From positions 992,001 to 1,056,000 of the forward strand of contig JAYWIR010000022.1 in the NCBI GenBank assembly GCA_036172245.1: a stretch of DNA of 64,000 nucleotides, read 5' to 3'. A program made the position numbers and the translations under genes. The stretch comes from Raillietiella orientalis. Its lineage: Eukaryota. The notes beneath the pieces were generated by a model. That model was given only the letters and a program-made list of their open reading frames with translations. It made no database searches and had not been told where the DNA came from. Positions 26,220 through 40,110 of this stretch are shown here, in pieces. How positions within the stretch are numbered: the first letter of the stretch is position 1; the number at the start of each line of letters is the position of its first letter.

Positions 26220-26450
26220 TGATGCAAGGAACGAATGGTAACTGCAACCATGGAATGGAACAACCATGCGCTCGGCTTCAGTTGGATATGCAATTATGAA
26301 ACGAACCCTAACACTTGATTTCCTCCATAGAGCTGCCATATCTTTGAGAGAACCACCTGTTCCCTTTTTTTTCTCATCATTTTTCTCCTTTCTAACCACA
26401 TATTCCCGCAGTGTTTCGTCTGAGGACTTGAGCTCCGACAATACCATCCT
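26220..26450 (-). pseudogene. Possible degenerate HMG-box fragment
   Basis: SLKDMAALWRKSS..AYPTEAERM..HGCSYH resembles HMG helices 2-3 (isk.lg..Wk.ls..ae..r..pgYky). Confidence 0.3.
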
Positions 26451-28459
26451 TCTTTTTTGGAGAATTCCAAACCTGTTTTCCTTGGTGTTCTCGTAACTTT
26501 CTCTGAAAAATGAAGGCCATTACCATTGTCATCACTAACATTTGCTTAAGCGGTTTGAAACCTTGCTGATGACGTTCACAGCATAGCTCACTGTTCCAAT
26601 GTCATGTGGGGCGTGACAGAAGCAATGATGAACTTTATTTTCCATCAACTTGCCGCACACCCTGTCAGAGCACAGAAAAAAATCCCGATAGATGATTGAG
26701 TTCGCTCTAATTCGCTCATTACCGCCATCACGAAGACTTTGTAAGTTTGAATTCTGCACACTTAGTGCAGCATTTGAATTCCGATCATTCCTCAATCCGT
26801 TGGCTGCTGCACACTTAGTGCAGCTTTAGGAAGAGAAGCTCAAAAATGGGTGTTTGGAAAACGACCAGCACACAACAAAGCATTATCTTTGAAAGTTTTG
26901 TAAACATAAGAATGTTGAATGACTAGAAGACATGTCGTCAGGTACCAAATTTCGAGTTCTTGAACGAAGTATAACGTCATCCGATTTCCACTGCTGGAAC
27001 TACGTCAGAAGAGTATGTCAACTACAATTGCGATTTGTGAGAGATATTCGTCAGTAATATTAGCAAGCTTCGTCCTGACTTTTCTCCTTGCCCATCACGC
27101 TAGACCGAGGAAAAATTCTTTGCGATCGTTCAAGAGCTCGCACTTCGCGTTCTTCACTTCTTCATTTCGAATTGATATCGGAAGCGCATCCTTCCAGCTC
27201 GTGGCCCTCCAGGACCTCATTCATATCTATCTTTCGAAGACAACAAGAGAGTCACACTGTCATTATTTTCTTTTGAATTTATTCATCGATTCTCTTCGGC
27301 TTCTCTGAGCATCACCAGTGCAGTTTACGAAGTATCCAGTGATTCAAGTTTTGATTCGAGTGACTGGAAATTTAAACTTTAAGTGAGTTTTGCTCCTGTC
27401 GTTTCCCTTCTGTCCTGTTTTTTTGACCTTAGGAGGCATGAGGAGTTGTCCTCATTCCAGAGCTGCATACAAGCATCCGTTCGTTAAGATAAGAAAGATA
27501 CTCGACTTCAACTCAGTAGGCAGATTTGCTCTTCCGATAAATTTCTACGACCTCTGAATCGTTTGAATTATGCGCATAACGCCATAGTCGCATCTGCAAA
27601 GATCACGAATAAGCGTGGATGAAATCCGTTCACCCAGCTTTCTGTGAATTCTGAAAACTGTGAGCAGATGGTGAATTCAGACGACAACGACAGCCAAATG
27701 TGATTGGAAAACATTCTACTATTCGAACAAGATTTATCAATACAAACAGCGTCCTCTTCTACTATCCTCTGTAGCTTTTCAAAGTAAGATAAGTAATTTT
27801 CCGTGCTGCGGACGAAAGTGCAACAAGATTACAGAGTTCTGTGGAATGACCCACATGAAGGGTGAGTCTCACTCGACCCTCTTTTTTCCCTTGTCGTTTG
27901 CGAAGACCATGACGTATGAATGAGATCCACATAGAGAAGCTTTCCGACTAAAATGAAACATCATCACGAGTCTTTCCGACTGGAGATATCTTTAGACCTA
28001 GCTTTCAACAGAGGTAAGACAGAAGACCGCTCCAGCTTCCATGCATTCTTGAAAAGCTTGATGCAAGAATCTATGAAAGCACTTTTTCTCTCCTCGACTA
28101 TTCTGTTATCCTAGCAATCTTCTAGCGACACACCCACAAATCATTGCGCATGCTGATGTAAAGGCTCAAGGAGCATAGCTTTTGAGAGATGCATCGCAAT
28201 TTTCCAACTCAGAAATCAAAGAGTTCAAAAAAAAGAAGAAACAAAGAAAGAAAGAAAGAAAGGAAACGTCAGATTTATTGCACACTGTTGTCTTAAGATC
28301 TTCTCGAGTATTCAAATTCTGAAATGAGATCTCGAAACGAGCATTTTCTCCTTTCTGCTATTTGTGCAGGCTACCATAGTACCAAAGCAACATACACAAA
28401 AAAAAAAACGCGTAGGATGTCTATTTGAAACACTTCGGAACGCCTGAATAGAAACGGGA

Positions 28460-28860
28460 GAAACGAGCTGACAGGGATTTAGAGCTTCCAGCACCAGAAG
28501 GAAGAACACTGATCTGTTTCCATCGTAGAAAAAAGAATGTTTTCTGGAATAAGACTTCGTATCAGTGGGAAAAGCATTCATGGAGCATCACCAGTGATTC
28601 CAACATCTCGTCTTCTGACTTTGCGGTTCCCTGATGAAATTCCGTCAGGTCATAACTTTCATCCCAGGGGCCATATCTGGTGGGTGCCGCAAACATTTGT
28701 TTTATGAATTTTCTTTTGGGAGATCTGATCTTGAAAATGTTTTAGTTCTCCCTATGGTAACATGTGGTTACTAGGTTATATCCTCAAACCAGAAATGGAA
28801 TGGGAACGCTCTGCATTAACCAGAAGACCCAAAGGAGAAGCCGCAGACGGACAAAAAGAA
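28460..28860 (+). mobile_element. RTE-clade LINE relic, internally compressed
   Basis: QGFRAS, DFVSVGKAF, then WLLGYILKPEMEWERSALTRRPKGEAADGQK (cf. WaGHv.R..rw.k..l.w.P.g.r.rGRP). Confidence 0.4.
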
Positions 28861-29284
28861 CTGTTAAGATTTTTCTTCAGCGAAGGGATTGACAAGGGCA
28901 GTTCAGGTAAGACTGCTGCTTTCGTTCGTTCAAAAAGTTGCATACCACTTCGTACTTGACTGAATATTTGAATGATTGAATATTTCGCCATCATGCAAAG
29001 ATGGTTTTCTTTCTTTTTCTTTCGTATGATCCTTTTTTAGAAAGAAACGAACGAGGGACCGCGGTGAGAGTGAACCGTGGATGCCACCACATGCGCTCAC
29101 AGTTGCGTCGCTTTTTGTGTTTGACGTCCTTTTCACCACCTCTTGTTGACCTTCCTCCTAGGGTGACTACTCCAGTTTATGTCTGAAGATGAATGGTTAT
29201 AGTTTTTTAGCTCTGCACACATGTTATGACACCTTGGCGTTGCAGTACACTCCATGGTTTGCTACAGTGACGTCGACCGAAGTT

Positions 29285-29350
29285 GTCGTAGTAGTTGAAG
29301 CAGATTTCCGTAGGCGCCATAGGTTCCGTCGACACGAACGAGATCAATTT
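29285..29350 (-). mobile_element. Possible MULE transposase relic
   Basis: LVRVDGTYGAYGNLLQLL (cf. vv.iDgTy.t..y...L). Confidence 0.25.
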
Positions 29351-30589
29351 CCTTGAGTTAAAGAACGATGCTCCTTAAACTTTGCTAGAGTTAGATTGTG
29401 GCTGTTTCTCGGTGTAAGAAATGCTGGCGGGGAAGCAGACTTTTCCGATAGGAAGATCATTTCTGGAGCATCTGGACTCTTGGATAACTTCCAAAATGGT
29501 GTATCAATTTGTTGGATGTTAGATGGAACGTTGTTTGAAATGAAATAGAATTACTCATTACCGTTGCCTGGGTCTTCAACCTTCTTCTCATTATTCCTCA
29601 ATCTTGGGACTTTTTATTTGGAGACTCAATTGCCGATGTTGCATCTCTCTTTCTTGGAGCCTTCCGCGAGCAGTTGATAATTTCATCAGAGGCTTTCCAG
29701 CTTGCCTTCCACGTCCGATACTTCATCTTATCTAGACATCACCGTGCGCTGCTCGTTCTTCTGATCCTTTTACCCATGTTTGTTTGAGATCGGACGAGTG
29801 TGTGTGTTTCTCTTTAGGGGAGAGAAAGAAGAGTGGCAACAGTCTGATAGACCAGCTGCACCTTTCTTTTTCCTTTCTTATTCGACAGAGATCGTTGTTT
29901 CAGTAATCTGCTGAGCCGAATCCCGCTTCCTTTGGTGCTCCTATAATGATCACAGGTAAAAAAAGAGACAGCCCAGTTCGCCGCGTTTGCTTTTCCATCC
30001 TTTGTCATGAGCGCTCCGAACGCTGCCGTAGAGCTTTCTAAGAACCAGGAAACGACGAGGGTGATGATTCGATTCTTCTTCCGAAGCGCTAGATCTCAGT
30101 CTCCCAGACTGAATACACCAGATCCCTACATGTCTCGTGACTATATGATGTGCTGTTCCTTGAGGAATACTGATCGTGTGTGTGGCAAAGTTAAGCGAGC
30201 AACACGTATGAAACGGTGGTCGAAGAACCGCTCATGCTCTCCGGCGAGTAAGAATTTTCCTGAGAACACAGTGCATCCGCAACGGGCGATTTTTCAAGAA
30301 GAATGCCCTGCCTCAACTCTCTCAGGTGAGCGTCTGTTTGATGTCATTTATTATCGAACTTTCCCAATTCTGCCCTTTGAAAAAAAAATTTTTCTTCATT
30401 TTTTCCTGAATGGACGTCAGCTTTTAATTTTTCTTCTGGTCCGGCTTTCCAGGCTCTTCTTTTTTTGCAAATGCAAATTCGCTTTGAAGATTTATCCCGC
30501 GTAAGGCATTGATCCTGTTCGTAGTCATCACCTTCCTAATTAATGCTGAGGAATGAATACAGGGGAATGCTTTGGGCGGAGAGGTTGCA

Positions 30590-30770
30590 GAGAGTCAGTT
30601 ACGCCATCAGGAGAGGAATAGTATAGGTTGATCATTGCCATCCGAAGAGAAACATAGTTGATCTTGTGATGTGTTTCTCCACATCGCTCTCGGACTGCAG
30701 CTCTCACGATACGACTGTACTCTTCATCCAGTGCGCTTTTCCATTTCCTTCAGCACTTCCTTAGTTTGAG
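30590..30770 (-). mobile_element. Possible Ty1/Copia reverse transcriptase N-terminal relic
   Basis: KWKSALDEEYSRIV..SPDG (cf. W..Am.eE..sl..k..DG). Confidence 0.3.
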
Positions 30771-31519
30771 ACGACACAGTCCGCGGTCTCGATCCGTTTC
30801 AGTCGCCGTCCACGCCGTCGTCAGCAACTCTCAATTTTCCCAGGAATAGTCTGCAGAAGGAGCCGAGCGATAACTCCGTTGCCTGGCCACCCATGCAAGG
30901 TGTTGCACGTTCACCTCATTACTTTTTGGGTCAATTGCTTCTGATGCTCCCTCCGAAGGAAGCTGCTCTTCACATGCTCACAAGGTAAAGCCATCTTTAG
31001 TTAAGAAATAAAGGGTATGGGTTCCTCAATTCTGTCATTCGAATATGTGATGGGAGGATTCCATTCCTAGCTCAGCAGCGAACCCATGCAGAGTGCAAGG
31101 TCATCCTTTATGCACTGCTGTCCTAGCGCTCATTCTCTACTCAGACGAAGCCTGGCGACGACAGATTTCAGTTTGAAGGAGTAGCAGTACCACCTAGAGC
31201 GGAAGTTATACCGGCGCTCCTGTGAGTCCTGAAGGTGCGTCAAAGAGTACTTCCTCTTGCATGCTCCAGCAGGAAAGAGTTCCGAAGAGGAAAGAAGCCG
31301 TAGCTGCTGGGCCGTTTCCCTCCAACAGAATACCCTCAGCTAAAAGCGGAGGTTTCAATCAGTGACCCTCTTTAACCTCCTGTCTCAAAACACGCTGCTG
31401 CTCCATGAAGTCTTCAGGGTTCTGCGAAGGACAAAGACTCTTTGCCTATCCGCTACCAAAGTCAAGCGTCAGCGCGTATCAGCAACGAAAGAGAAAGACC
31501 CGAATATGCGGCCACGCAA

Positions 31520-31790
31520 CAGGTAGCGTCTTTCGACTGTCTTTTTGTGCCCTCGCTCATCAAGAGGCTGCTGAAGACTGCACATCCGAAAATTGGAACG
31601 GCTACCGCCTGGTTCATCCTCAGCTAGTCCTTTCCGGAGTGCTCTGTGCTGCATAGGCTGTGTAATGTGGGAACGGACAAGTGGAACCTCTCAGCTTTGT
31701 CTCCCGTCATGCATTGTCGCACGTGGGCGTACTCCCAGCCTCCTGTGGAACGTCACGGGAATGGAGAGAGTGCAGTGTCCTGAAGCTCTC
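31520..31790 (+). mobile_element. Possible Gypsy integrase zinc-binding relic
   Basis: LFVPSLIKRLLKTAHPKIG (cf. vvVP..lr..vL..aH..h.G). Confidence 0.3.
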
Positions 31791-33249
31791 GAGAAAAGAG
31801 ACGCGAGTGCACTGCCGATGTCCCCCGGGACGATTCTTTCATAGATTTTTCTATACACTCTGGTTGCTGCCGCGAAATGGTTGCACCCCACGCCCCTCTT
31901 CTGAGGCATCACGGTCCTCAAATTTAACTTCCTCGTTTTTAGGGGTTTATTCATGCCGTGCGGCTCAATGTGGTACTTGTACAGGCAACGTCCACGGGAC
32001 GCGGAGACGACCGCACGTGCAGCAGGGGGTGCGCGGTATGGGAGGAGTCCCTTTGTTGATGCCTAACTGGCGACGTGTGCTGCGCTCTTCTATCTCCACA
32101 AACCGCCGGCAGCACGGGACCTCTGGTGAAGATGCAATCTGCTCGCCGCTTTCTGAATAGACGGGAAGCAGAGAGAGCTGCTGCTGCTGTTATGGCGACT
32201 GAGGTCAAGGCTTCTGAGCGACTTCTAAGACCAAGCAGTCGGTGGCGCTCAGGTTCTTGAGGGGTGGAGTCCATGATGCCCCATCAACTCCTTGTGGTCT
32301 TCACTTCCTCTTTCTTCTGGCGGTGGCAACGCGCCCGTCCGACTGCCAACGCCTCCTGCACCCAAGAGCTCCCGTGGAGCGATGTTCTTTCCCCGTCGTC
32401 ATCGCCACCTCTGCCGTCTTGAGGAACTATGTAGCTCCAGCCTTGCAAGGGTCTGGCTCAAGGCGCGCTCGCGTGGTGGATAGAGCACAGTAGGCTTCCC
32501 TGTTCAACAACGGATGGAGTGCAGCGCACCCTAAGGCTGCAGCGCCTCCGCGAATAGGAACGGGCTCTGCCTTCGTCATCATCGGCCGTTGGAATCCGAC
32601 GCTGCTAGAGAACCTGCGGTGCTGCACCTTCCGCAGGTAGCGCAGACGCAGCGAGTTCTGCTGAACTCTGCTGTGCCTGGAGTCCATCACAGACTTTGTA
32701 TGGGAGGTGTGGGAGTGTGTGGGAGGCGGAAGAGACTCCAGCTGCTCGGAAGGCGTTGTTTCCTAAGAGGAGGAGGGATGTGTGTGGAGGTGAGGTCTCG
32801 TATCATAGCGCGAAAGATTGCTCAGGTGGCAGTGGAGAGTCCCAGAATTCGCTTCGTGTGCTCGAAGGCGCTTTGTAGGACGCGCGCGTCCGGTCGCATC
32901 TCCAAGGATCGCTGCTGTGGATTAGCGACTGCCGATGTCCTGTGCATAACGGGATTCAACGTTCTTCTCGATCTCGCAGGAGCAATCTCACGGAGGGGCA
33001 CTCCGAGCATCCTCAACCATGGAACCAGGAACATGAAGACGACTGTTGGGAGACGGAAAGAACTAGAATCCCGACATCCTGATTAAAGCAAGGCGAACCT
33101 TCAATCGACCTATTCCCAGAACAGATCCTGTGATGACTTAGTACTCCAGAATGAAGGGAATGGAATAGCAGTGAATGCCTCTTGTCCAACGATTCTTCCG
33201 CTGAAGTATTAGGAGATGGTGGAGAGAAGGCAAAGAAAGGAGGGAAAGT

Positions 33250-33670
33250 ACAAAGGATCGCCAATTGCCACTTCGCCGATAAAGGATTACCGTCAGCTCT
33301 ATCGTTATGGGATCCGGAGGATCATGGGACCCGGCAAACTACAAAGCACCAAGAGAGCTGAAGATTTCCATGCGATCGATGGAGCTTATTAGAAAAAAAA
33401 ATGATGTGCTCCAGCATGCGCTACTTCAGGAAAGTCTATTGAGGAAGCAGGCTGGTCCACCGGCAGAGATAAAGAGACATTCTCTTGAGACTACAGCATC
33501 GAGTGGAGGATGGAAGAGCTAGACGGTGGAGATCTTGAAAACTCCGTGGTACACAGTATCTGTAAAGCACAAGAACAAACACATCTTTCAGCTTTTTTTC
33601 TCTTGCAGGAAGTCGTTGTCTGGGGTTCCTCTCCTTCCATTTCGGCCCGTCCATTTTCCTTCCTTCCCGG
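33250..33670 (+). mobile_element. Degraded CR1-clade LINE reverse transcriptase
   Basis: DPANYKAP..MELI..LLRKQAG..SLETT, then ELDGGDLENSVVHSICKAQEQTH..VWG..FSFL. Compare dp.NYRPI..Q.GF..S..T..LD.G..VD.VYLDFSKAFD.V.H..YG..SFL. Confidence 0.6.
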
Positions 33671-34959
33671 ATTCCTCACTCAGTCTGCTGCCACCTACCT
33701 CACCCTTTGGAGAGACACCCGCAGAATCTCAGCAGCTGATGCAAGGTAAGGGCAGGAAAAAAGAGTTCGGTGAAGCAGAAGCTCTTATTTTCTAGAATCT
33801 AGGTGTCCGCATGTCTCAGCTCCCTTCTCATCTTCTCTCCCCACTTCCTTCCACTTTCGTTCCCTTGCTTGCCAGGGCTCGATTCCGCTTCTCGCCGATG
33901 GACGCCTCTGCTGCATTTCCGGAACGCGCGCGAAGCGTAGGTGCTCGACCAGGCAACGTGGAGCCCGAGGAGCGAGCGGGAGGGTGCGCCTGTGACCCTC
34001 TCACCCCTCCGGAGAGGGAGGGACTGCTGCCATCTAGCAGCGAGGACAAGGCTCCGTTACCGCTGCAGTTCTTAAGGGTGCCGCAGCCCACTCGCACCTC
34101 TTCCGCCCTCCTTTTCCACCATCACATCCCTTCCTCCAATCATTCATCCAGAGATGTAAAAGAAAGTGAACAACAACGAAAAAAACATGCCGTTTGTGAG
34201 GTCTGGGGTACTCCTCATTGGGATGCGTTCTCCTCAGCATCCGTCCCAGGTGAAATCGTCACTACAGACATCTTCCATCCACGAAGCGGAGTTTTTCCCT
34301 CACTCTCAGCTGATGATTTCCCTCGGGGATGCGTCTCGCGCGGGGAAGATCGCAGATCTTCAGAAACCACAGGAAAGAAAAAAAAAGCCTCGGATGGGGA
34401 GATGCGCGCGCTTTTCTCCAAGGAAGAAGATGGGATCTGCGTAGCCGAAACATCGGGATGGCGGCACCCAGGCGAGCGGACTGCGAATGGAAACGATCGG
34501 TAGAAGAGGAGTGTGTGGGAGAGTCTGTGGAAAAGGATGGAGGTGTGAAGTTTGAACTGGGAAAGGGGGACATGAAAGCAGGGAAGGGAGGAAGGGTTAC
34601 TTGGCCTAGTCCTGGGCCACGCGTGCTTGCGTATCAAGGGGTGGTTTGCCACCAGGATTGCTTATCCCTTCCCTCTTCTTCTGCGATCCAGATAGCACAG
34701 CTTCCTGGAGGGCATGCAATCTGTAGGGAAACTCCTCCTTCTCGGGAGGGACAGAGGAGGAGAATGAGAGAGAGAAGGAAGGAGGGACCGGAAAATTGCC
34801 TCTTGTCTGGACTGAGAGAAAAGTTGCCAAGTTTCTCCTCCCCGTTGCCTTCGAGGGGAACGCACGGCAGGCTTTTTCGCCACTGCTGCTCCTTCGGCAT
34901 GGATAAATGGGGAAGAGGATGGGGTATGGTGACTCCATTCTTCAGCACTCAGTTACTTG

Positions 34960-35190
34960 AAGAGGGGAAATGCTGGAGAGCTTCCGTGCTCCACCCGGCC
35001 AATTGAGTAAGATGTGATCGCTTGCGTACTCTCCAAGTTTCTCTTTCAAGGTCCCACCGGGATGTGGTGGCGGCAATTTTTCCAGCTCTGACTTTTGCAT
35101 TCCATTCCTCCTTCTAGAGTCCCGAAAAATGGACAAGCATAGCTGTCCGCTTTTCCCTCGAAAGAAAATCCCTAGAGTATTCGGTGACTC
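34960..35190 (-). pseudogene. Decayed arrestin-like N-domain fragment
   Basis: ORF 34942-35235 contains NTLGIFFR (cf. ETLGIPF in the 63.8 kb exon) and PP..LKEKLGEYA..SSISPLQ (cf. LIKKLGEHA..SVTLQ). Confidence 0.35.
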
Positions 35191-36619
35191 CGCAGTGTTG
35201 GCGGAGCTTCGTCGGGGAGAAACAAAGGAAGGCACGAGACTCTGAGGGGCGTCTACAGCAGGGTGTCTGAGGCCCCATTTCAGGGTGAATCCCGTTTTCT
35301 CTGCAGGGTCAGCTCAAACTCGTTTCGGAGGGAGACCATGAGCGTGCGGCACTCCAGCCCAGGGAGCAGAGCCTCCGCGGAGCGCCCCTGGAGTCACAGT
35401 TCGGCGCTCCCCTCTGTGGTCTTGTCTTTCAGGATGAGGCGTACGCCCTTCCGAGATTCTCGGAGATGAGTATTCGCGAAAACGACTCTGGCGCGACTGA
35501 ACCGTACGGACTGCAGATGAGCATCCTCTTGACCGCTGAGAAAATGATGTGCTGATCTGGAGGGGATCCTGGCTCATCCGTCTCTATGAATTCATGATGC
35601 TCGGTGCTCCCAGCTGCGATCGTCGGAGACTGGGATCCGCTTTAGGAAGAGCTCCCCTACTGGTTATGCCGCCCTCAGTGAAGTGATCCACAGCATAACA
35701 TAAGGAGAATCGGGAACAACAACTGCGCGCCACTCCCTACCAGTCTGGGTCTGTGACCGGCCCGAGGAGGCTTGTGCTTGTGGATGAAGACTTCTTACGT
35801 CCGCACATCCCGTTCTTTCCAGCCCACGAAGAACAGTGAATGGACTCAATGAAGAACCGTGACGTTCAATTGGAGATTTCTCTTGCTTCTTGCGGGCTTC
35901 CTTGTGGTTCAGGAATTCATTAGTAGAAAGGGAATCAGAAGAGCGTCTGAAATGAGTGGATTCATGGTTTACCCGCTTGGAAAAGGAAGGCGTCCATGGG
36001 GTAAACAGATGAAGGAAAAGAATCAGACGTAGACATGAAGTCAAAGAGGTATTTCTGCATCTTTTTCATTTCCTCCAGCACTGCTTAACGATCTTCGAGC
36101 TTTCACTGCATTGCCAAAGCTGCAGTAGGGGGTGTCTCTTCAACACTCCAGTTTGAGAGATCCCAACGCTTCAAGAACCCAACCGCATCTTTCTTTTCAT
36201 TTGTCTCAGGGATTATATTGGCACCCTGAGCATCGCTTCTACTTCTCATTGGGCCGGTTTCTGTCCTCCTGGTTTTCTTGTATTCTTTTCCTTTCGCTTC
36301 CGCGCGAGAATCGCGGTTCCTCCCCTCCTTCCTCGGAAACGCTGAGTACACCATCTCCAGCTTAACCCTTTTCTTTCCAGAACCTCGAGCAGGGGCTCAT
36401 ATAGACTCCCTTCGTAGCTTTTCTTGGCTTTCACGTCATCCCAAGCGAGTATGGAGTGGATCTGAGCTGTTCCCAATCTCGAAGAAAGACATCTTCAAGC
36501 AGTGAAGTCATCTTCTGTCTTCAAGGCATTCTAGCGACTCGGCACTAGGATTGCTGCTGCTCCTCCAACGGCATGCATAAAAGCACCCCACGACCGGATC
36601 CCTTCCATGAGAGTGGTTT

Positions 36620-37220
36620 GGGTGTACTCGAATGCCAGTATGACCTCAGTAGGGGCCCTCGAGCGGCTGAAATTTTCACTGAACAAACGGGCATGTCTCT
36701 CTCCGTGCTTATTCAGGAGCCTACCAATCTTCTTCCCACAGGACTCGGCTTGCTCAGGAACGGGACGCCCGTTGAGCTTCGAGTTGCCATGGAAACGGCA
36801 TGTGCTATGCTTAGAATCAGAGGAAGGAGGAGAAAAGTCTGAATGGCAACAGGACTGAAGCAGATGCTGCCGGAAGGCAGATTTGTTCGTGCATACTGTT
36901 TCGAAGAAGGATTTCCTGTCTTGCACCATCGGACCAGCCATATCCACCACCAGGCACCTATTCCTGTTCCCCGAAGTCCTCCTGGTGGAGGAGAACTCAT
37001 CCGAGGAAGCATAGAACACCAGAGATGGAGGTTCGGTTGGCCGAACCTCCATCTCTGGAGAGCGAAGAGAGCGAAGCCTGGTGGTCACCTCTCCATGGTT
37101 CAGCGGAGAAAGAGGCATTCAAACTGCATGACTTTAAGTCATTCTACGACACCAAGATCAGCAATCGGAGAGGTTGCCGAATCACCATGAGGTGCCAACA
37201 GCCTCCCAGGTGTCAGCGGC
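36620..37220 (-). mobile_element. Gypsy/Ty3 integrase relic
   Basis: MVIRQPLRLLIL, then RCLVVDMAGPM..NGRPVPEQ..LNKHGERH..APTEV (cf. vviP..lr..il; rvhvD.aGP..fG.P..GI.h..aEr). Confidence 0.5.
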
Positions 37221-38034
37221 TCACGAGCGGACTAGTTGTGAAATGGTTGTGGCTCTCCGCCACGGGTACAGCTGCAGTTTCTGCTCTGCGCTAAGTCAGG
37301 GAAGGAAGCGAACCATCTCCAGTAGTGCGGAAGCTGCAAAAACCCTCACCCAAGAAACGAATCTGCACAGGACGCTTGAGATCTATAGTAATGTCGAGAC
37401 AATTTCAGAAATTTCTCACATAATCCCTTCCTCTTCATCGCTTGCCACATCTGATCGCGGATGCCACACCTTCCCATCTCTTTATTGACGTGCAAACTGT
37501 TTCATGGAGAGTTGCGATGGCTGCAATTGCAGTATTTGTAAGTTCGTTCACGGATCTTTGGAGAAATTGATTCAGATGAGGGACACAGGCTCGCTACAGC
37601 GATGGCTGACTTTCGGGGTTAAAAAACTCGCGAAGAAGAGTGTATCTGTGGAGGAGCAACATGGCTCACGCAAAGAATAGATATCAAAGCAGGACTGGCC
37701 CGTGGAATCGACCCTTAAATGTCTGCGAGCATCTCTTCTGGGTATTGTGTTGAAGTTCCTCGCGGTGAGGAGGATGAGGTCTTACCTGAATCTTCATGCG
37801 GAGGAGCAAGCTGGCCTGAAGTTATCGAGGCTGAGAAGAACGCATGATGGCCACAGGTAAACGAATGCTACAGATGCAGTCGATTCTGCAGCGATGTGAG
37901 GAAAAAATCTTCTTGAAGAGAAGCAGCGGCTTGATAAGGTAAGAGGAGGAGGAGAGGCAAGCGTTTGTCGTGGAGTTCTCGGAGTGCGCCAAGAGTGCCA
38001 CTGCCGGAGCGAAGTCTTCTGAGCCGTGCAATAC

Positions 38035-38110
38035 TCAAAAAATACAGAAGAATAAGAAATACAGAAAAAATACAGAAAATACAAATACCTCGTGAAATAC
38101 AGAAAAAAAG
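38035..38110. repeat. Degenerate AAATACAGAA tandem repeat
   Basis: Four copies of aaatacagaa plus partial copies are visible. Confidence 0.7.
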
Positions 38111-38559
38111 AAGCACGCGTTGCAGCGCTGGACTCTGATTTGGTAGAATCGTAGCACGAACCGGTCAAAATGAAGTTGCAATCAGGAGCTAAAAAGCTCA
38201 GTAGTTTAGCTGTATTCTTGTGAAGGGAACAACAGATAGAGCACTGCCATTCAGAATAAGGAAGATACTCAGAATCAATATTTGGCCTTAGCGTCAGGAA
38301 AGAATCACAGAAAGTTCATCTTCGGAAAACGGTCCGGAGTCTCCGGTTCCTCCTCCGTTGCTCTAAAGGCGACTAAGCGCATGTGGGTCTCTGTTCCCTT
38401 GAGAACTTCCGCGTGTCATGTAGAAGATCCTGGTTTTCTCGACAAGATCAGATCAAGAGTAACCGATTATCAACAGGAGTATCGCTGACTCATGGCATCC
38501 TCTTCCTCAATACTCAAAACCATGATTTTTCTATCTTGGATTTTTGGTGAAGACCTGTT

Positions 38560-38680
38560 TCTTAAGTTGCTTCGACCACAACACTTGCTGAACCAACGAG
38601 GCAGGTTCTCTTGTGCAGCAGATGGAGTCCCAAGTCATTACGTTTACACTGCGCTTGGCGCACTGCATCTTCGCAAGAAC
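38560..38680 (+). mobile_element. Possible Tc1/mariner transposase relic
   Basis: GRFSCAADGVPSHY (cf. f.fqQDGAP.Hy). Confidence 0.3.
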
Positions 38681-39719
38681 ACTTGTAAAATCACATCTGC
38701 CGTGTCATCCAGTCAGAATATGAGGGTTTCTACTGTTTCCTGAGATAACTAACTCCTACTCCTGTTACGGGTGTAAAGAAATTTTGAGAAAACCTTTTGC
38801 CAGCCATCGCTTCTCGAAACAACTTTCTCGAAAAAGATCGTCTCTGTTTGGGAAAGCACATTTTTGCAAACGAATCCTCGAGGACAAATCTGTTCCTGGT
38901 CCTCAGCAAATCTGTGGAACCAGATTCAGTCTACTAAAAAAATTCGATAAGTTCTCCGGAATCGCATCTGAAACGGATGTGCTGGAGACAAAGTCACAAA
39001 GATAAAGGAGGCATAAAGATACAAGACAACCGATGCTCGAGAGAGCACTAGAAGAAGGGACATGTAGCAAAGGGAGAGGCTTAGAAGAACATTTAGTCGA
39101 GAAATACTCCGTGCTCTGTTTTCAACAACGTCGGTTTCATTGATCTCGTTAGGAGTCTCTGTTTTTTCCTCTCTCTACCTGGCTCGTATCAATAAGGAAC
39201 TTCATTCGAAAACCTCATCCTTGTGTCAACCTTTGCCATCGACTTGGACCTTCCGATAGACCAGACTTTCTTACATGGGTTTGCTACTTCAGTCTCTCTT
39301 CCAAAATGACCATTTCCACATACGCCTTTCGACGTTCTGATGCTGAGTTTTCCCATCCATTTCGAAGCAAAGACTTCATTTTATTTGTAGCAGGGTTTGA
39401 CCATCATTCGACTACCCTTCCGATATTCAAGAAGCAACTGTCTTTGGTTCTTAAAACAGCACTAAACTCTAAGGCCTGTGAGTCCTCTTAAAAAACGATG
39501 GCATCCTGTTGAGTGTCATGAGTATCTTTCCGACTACCATCGTTTGGACGACGGATGCCATTCTTTCTCGATCCAAAGATTCCTCTCTGACATGCATCAC
39601 TTCACTGATACATGACTTCATTTGATGTCCAATGCCTCTTTGACAGCAGAAACAGGAAGGTTTCTGTTTTGTGTGCTATTCGACGGTTTTCCAAGATCGT
39701 CGCAGATAAGAATCGCTCT

Positions 39720-40110
39720 TCTCCACTTGGCTGGACAACATGCATCTCAGGATTCGCTATTTGTTTATTCAATACCGGTAACAAAAGCACTGGATGAGAA
39801 GTCAGGTAATCTTATGGAAGGCTACTCTGAAAAGGAGGAGTTTTGAGGGTGAGACTGAAAACAGAGCAACTCTAATCCTATTCTCCAGTTGCTGCTCCCT
39901 CACCATTTCCTCCAAGACTGATTTCTGTTTGCATTCACAGCACTTTAAGCTAAATTTTCGGTGGAACTTGGTGGTGCTCACAGATAACGCAACCTTTGAG
40001 AGCCAGAGGGCATTTAGACGATGGAGATATCGACACGATGAAGGAGGTCATCAGGAACTATTGCTTTCGCCTTCTGGTGTATACCTTTTGAACAAAATTG
40101 CAAATTGGCA
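39720..40110 (+). mobile_element. LTR-retrotransposon integrase core relic
   Basis: VVLTDNATFESQRAFRRW..RH..SPSG (cf. ivsDNg..F.s..F..f..gi.H). Confidence 0.45.

Noticed and set aside
26754..26824. CRISPR array
   Set aside because: Only two 18-nt repeats, no cas genes, eukaryotic context.
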